Shown here piece after piece: positions 61,197 through 64,000 of a stretch of DNA of 64,000 bases. The position numbers and the translations under genes were made by a program. How positions within the stretch are numbered: the first letter of the stretch is position 1; each line of letters begins with the position of its first letter. This DNA comes from an uncultured Gemmatimonadales bacterium (GTDB lineage: Bacteria; Gemmatimonadota; Gemmatimonadetes; Gemmatimonadales; GWC2-71-9), in contig CAWJIM010000023.1 of the NCBI GenBank assembly GCA_963842945.1, positions 288,001-352,000 on the forward strand. The letters run 5' to 3'. The notes under the pieces are model-generated. The model was not told the DNA's origin and did no database searches. It saw nothing but the letters and a program-made list of their open reading frames with translations.

Positions 61197-62203
61197 CAGA
61201 ACACGGAGATCTTGAGATACTTCTTGGGGTCGGCCTCGATGGCCTTGATCAGCTCGCGGAATTGCACCACGGTTTTCGTGGTTTCCAGGTACAAGGTAGA
61301 ATCGCTGGTCAGCAACCCGATCGTCCCGCTGCCGGTCTGCAAGCGGGTCATCAGCGAGTCAGCTGCCTGGACCACCCGCACCAGGCTGGCTTCGTTCGAT
61401 CGGGCCGCGGCCATGACCGAGCGCAGATCGGCAGCCGCGGCGCGAACGTCCGCGCTGGAGTTCCGGGAGTTTTCCAGGATATCGCGCAGCTGGTTGTCAT
61501 TGGTTGCGCTGTCCAGCCGGGCCACTGCACCCTCAAATGTCCGCGCTACGCCGGAGAACGCATCCGAAGTATTCGCGACGTTCTGCCCTACCCGTTCCAT
61601 CCGAACGGTTTGAGCGTGGGCAAACTTCACCAGACGGGCCGAGATGGCCGCCAGATCCTTCACGCTCTGCTGCAGATTCTTGAGCGCGGTGCTGTCGAAC
61701 GCCTGCCCGATGCGCTGGGTCACGTCGGCCACGTCTCCCGCGATCCGGCTGGCCTGGGCGGTGAGCTGCCCGATGTCCGGCAGGGTGGCTCCGGGCCAGG
61801 CCTCCCCGCCGGCGCGATCCGATTCAATCAGCGCATTCCGCAGGTTGGGGTCAACCGGCAACGGCTCGAAGGGAACGATATTGGCCGTCCATTCGCCGAA
61901 GAGACTGGCTGAAGCGGAGATCACCGCCGGATTGCGGGGCAGCACGACGCTCCGGTCGATGCTGAACTCGGTCTCGACCCACTCGTTCTCTACCAGGCGA
62001 ATGGCCTCCACCCGTCCGACCTTGACGCCCCGGAGCGTCACCGGTCCGCCCACCCCCAGACCGCCCACGGTCCGGAAACGGGCGGCATAGGTGGTCTGCT
62101 TCTGGTTGACGTCGGTCTCGCTCAGCCAGAGCGCTCCGCCGATCACCAGCGCCAGCGCTGCGAGCACGGCGAGCCCGACGGCAAATTCGTTGCTGCGCTT
62201 CAC
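61196..62203 (-). CDS. mlaD: MlaD/MCE family protein
   Basis: N-terminal TM helix; F..VGGL.VG.PV.LRGVKVGRV; long helical tail ending IEADPKKYLKISVF. Confidence 0.9.
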   Translation of the reverse strand: MKRSNEFAVGLAVLAALALVIGGALWLSETDVNQKQTTYAARFRTVGGLGVGGPVTLRGVKVGRVEAIRLVENEWVETEFSIDRSVVLPRNPAVISASASLFGEWTANIVPFEPLPVDPNLRNALIESDRAGGEAWPGATLPDIGQLTAQASRIAGDVADVTQRIGQAFDSTALKNLQQSVKDLAAISARLVKFAHAQTVRMERVGQNVANTSDAFSGVARTFEGAVARLDSATNDNQLRDILENSRNSSADVRAAAADLRSVMAAARSNEASLVRVVQAADSLMTRLQTGSGTIGLLTSDSTLYLETTKTVVQFRELIKAIEADPKKYLKISVF

Positions 62204-62965
62204 CCGACGGACCTCCGCAACGTGGGCTCGACCAGAGCAGGGCCGGGTCGCCCCTCGATGAACTGGCGCACCACAGGATCGTCCGAGGCTCGCACCTCGT
62301 CAACGGAACCGGTGTGCCGGATGGCTGCCCTGATGCAGCAGGGCGATGCGGTCGCCCACGGTGAAGGCGCTCCGCATGTCGTGAGTGACCACGAGCCCGG
62401 TGACGCCGAGATCGCGCGTCCGAATGATGAGTTGGTCCATCACCGCGGCGGTGATGGGGTCGAGACCGGTAGTGGGTTCGTCATATAGAATGTAGCGCGG
62501 CTTGAGGGCGATCGCCCGCGCGATGCCCACCCGCTTCCGCATGCCGCCGGAGAGCTCGCTGGGCAGCTTGTCCTCAGTCCCGCTGAGCTCCACCACCCTG
62601 AGGCTCTCCTCCACCCGGGCCCGGATCTCCGCCGAACCATAGCCCCGGCGTACCAGCCCCAGGCCGATGTTCTCGGCCACGGTCATGGAGTCGAAGCAGC
62701 GCGGCGAACTGGAAGACGTACCCGATCCGGCCCCGGAGCGCCGCCAGTTGCTCCCGGTCGAGCTCCTGCACGTCTTCACTGTCGACCAGACACCCGGCCG
62801 CCATCGGGCTCGATGCAGCCCCACGATCAGCTTGAGCGTGACGCTCTTCCCCGCTCCGGACGCCCCGATGATGACGGTGTTCTGCCCGTCGGGCACCTCG
62901 AGCGACACGCCGTTCAGGACGGTGCGGGCGCCGAAGCACTTGGTGAGGTGGTCGAGGAGGATCAT
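62200..62965 (-). CDS. mlaF: MlaF-type ABC ATPase (several frameshifts)
   Basis: GASGAGKS, IGYVFQFAAL, LSGGMRKRVGIARA, YDEPTTGLDP, VTHD across frames. Confidence 0.88.
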
Positions 62966-62967
62966 GG

Positions 62968-63075
62968 GAGGGGGCAGCGAGGCAGCGGGGCTGCTGGGCA
63001 GTAACAGCACACCACCCGAGTATGATTAAGCTTGCAATCTACCGCCCCGCCGCCCTGCTGCCCCTCTGCCCCGCC
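62968..63075. repeat. Degenerate inverted GCGGGGCA-type arrays between mlaE and mlaF
   Basis: GGGGGCAGCGAGGCAGCGGGGCTGCTGGGCAG versus CCGCCCCGCCGCCCTGCTGCCCCTCTGCCCCGC. Confidence 0.65.
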
Positions 63076-63840
63076 TCATAGCAGCACCAGCGCCCAGAAC
63101 GCGTCCAGCACCAGAATCGCTTCGCAGCCCAGCACCACCGCGCGGGTGGTGGACTGCCCGACTCCCTCGGCTCCACCCTCGGCGGCGAGGCCGCGCAAGC
63201 ATCCCATCAGCGCCACGGCGCCGCCGAAGCTGGCGCTCTTGACCAGTCCGAACCAGATGTCCTTGAAGCGGTAGAACAGCTTCAGCCCCTTGAAGAAGTC
63301 GGGACTGGAGAGATCGAGCAGATTGATGGCGGTGATCCAGCCGGAGGCGACGCCCACCGCCCATGGCAAAGGCGGTGACCACCGGAAACATCAGGTGGCG
63401 GCCAGCACCCGGGGGACGACGAGGTAGGCATAGCGGTCGTAGGCCAGCGTCTCCAGCGCATCCACCTGTTCGGTCACCTTCATCGTTCCCAGCTCGGCGG
63501 CAATGCTGGCCCCCACCCGTCCGGCCAGGGCCATCCCGGTCAGCACCGGCCCCAGCTCCATCATGATGGTTTTCCCCACCAGCGCTCCCACGAAGTAGAG
63601 CGGAACGGTACCGGTGAAGATGTAGGAGGAGAGGAGCGAGAGGACGATGCCGGTGAAGACCGCGATGAAAAGCGCGATCGGCACCGAATCCACGCCCAGC
63701 CGCCGCATCTGGTTGGCCAGCAGCGGGGGCCAGGTCCGCGACATCCGCCAGCGCGCGACCCGCTTCGATGCTGCGGCGGCCCACGATGCGCAATGAAGCC
63801 CTGCCGCGGCGGGAGGCCGAGGAGCCACGGGTGCAATCAC
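63076..63840 (-). CDS. mlaE: MlaE-type ABC permease (frameshifted, start uncertain)
   Basis: ELGPVLTG, GRVGASIAAELGTMKVTEQVDAL and GGAEGVGQSTTRAVV motifs. Confidence 0.9.
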
Positions 63841-63850
63841 GGCGGAAGCT

Positions 63851-63958
63851 AAGCGGGGAGGCTGTGGGCAGCAGGGCAGCGGGTAGTGGCAGTGACAAAG
63901 CTCGACCCGATGTCGCCGTGGCTGCCCAGCTGCCCCGCATGCCCCGCTGCCCCGCCTT
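63851..63958. repeat. Degenerate inverted GCGGGGCA-type arrays upstream of mlaE
   Basis: GGGCAGCAGGGCAGCGGG versus CTGCCCCGCATGCCCCGCTGCCCCGC. Confidence 0.6.
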
Positions 63959-64000
63959 CGTCATGCCGCAAAGCTCGCCAGCGCGCGTCCGACCTCGCCC

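Overview
GC-rich bacterial chromosomal window. Gene content and order suggest a Gemmatimonadota-like diderm (inference, no database check). It is mostly housekeeping: cydAB, lipA-pdhABC-lpdA-lipB, dnaE-accA-ricT-metG, waaA, an F1-only atpAGDC cluster and mlaEFD, plus peptidases, transporters, glycosyltransferases and a hybrid histidine kinase. Many genes, including essential ones, carry indels clustered in patches, which points to long-read assembly error rather than pseudogenisation. No CRISPR array, rRNA, tRNA or transposase was recognised. Main observations: (1) an apparently self-contained ~145-nt minus-strand unit at ~52.0-52.1 kb with a promoter, a 13-nt perfect complement of the 16S 3' tail, micro-ORFs, alternative stems and a terminator; (2) a 20.4-26.5 kb module with a PQQ dehydrogenase carrying a lanthanide-type D-x-D site, a sulfocyanin-like cupredoxin with Glu at the axial Met position, an OFA transporter with a hidden small subunit, and a porin; (3) dispersed 7-9-mer tandem repeats arranged as inverted pairs, some inside atpG, pdhC and dnaE; (4) structured leaders before dnaE and metG, and a Rex/CRP-type operator before atpA.
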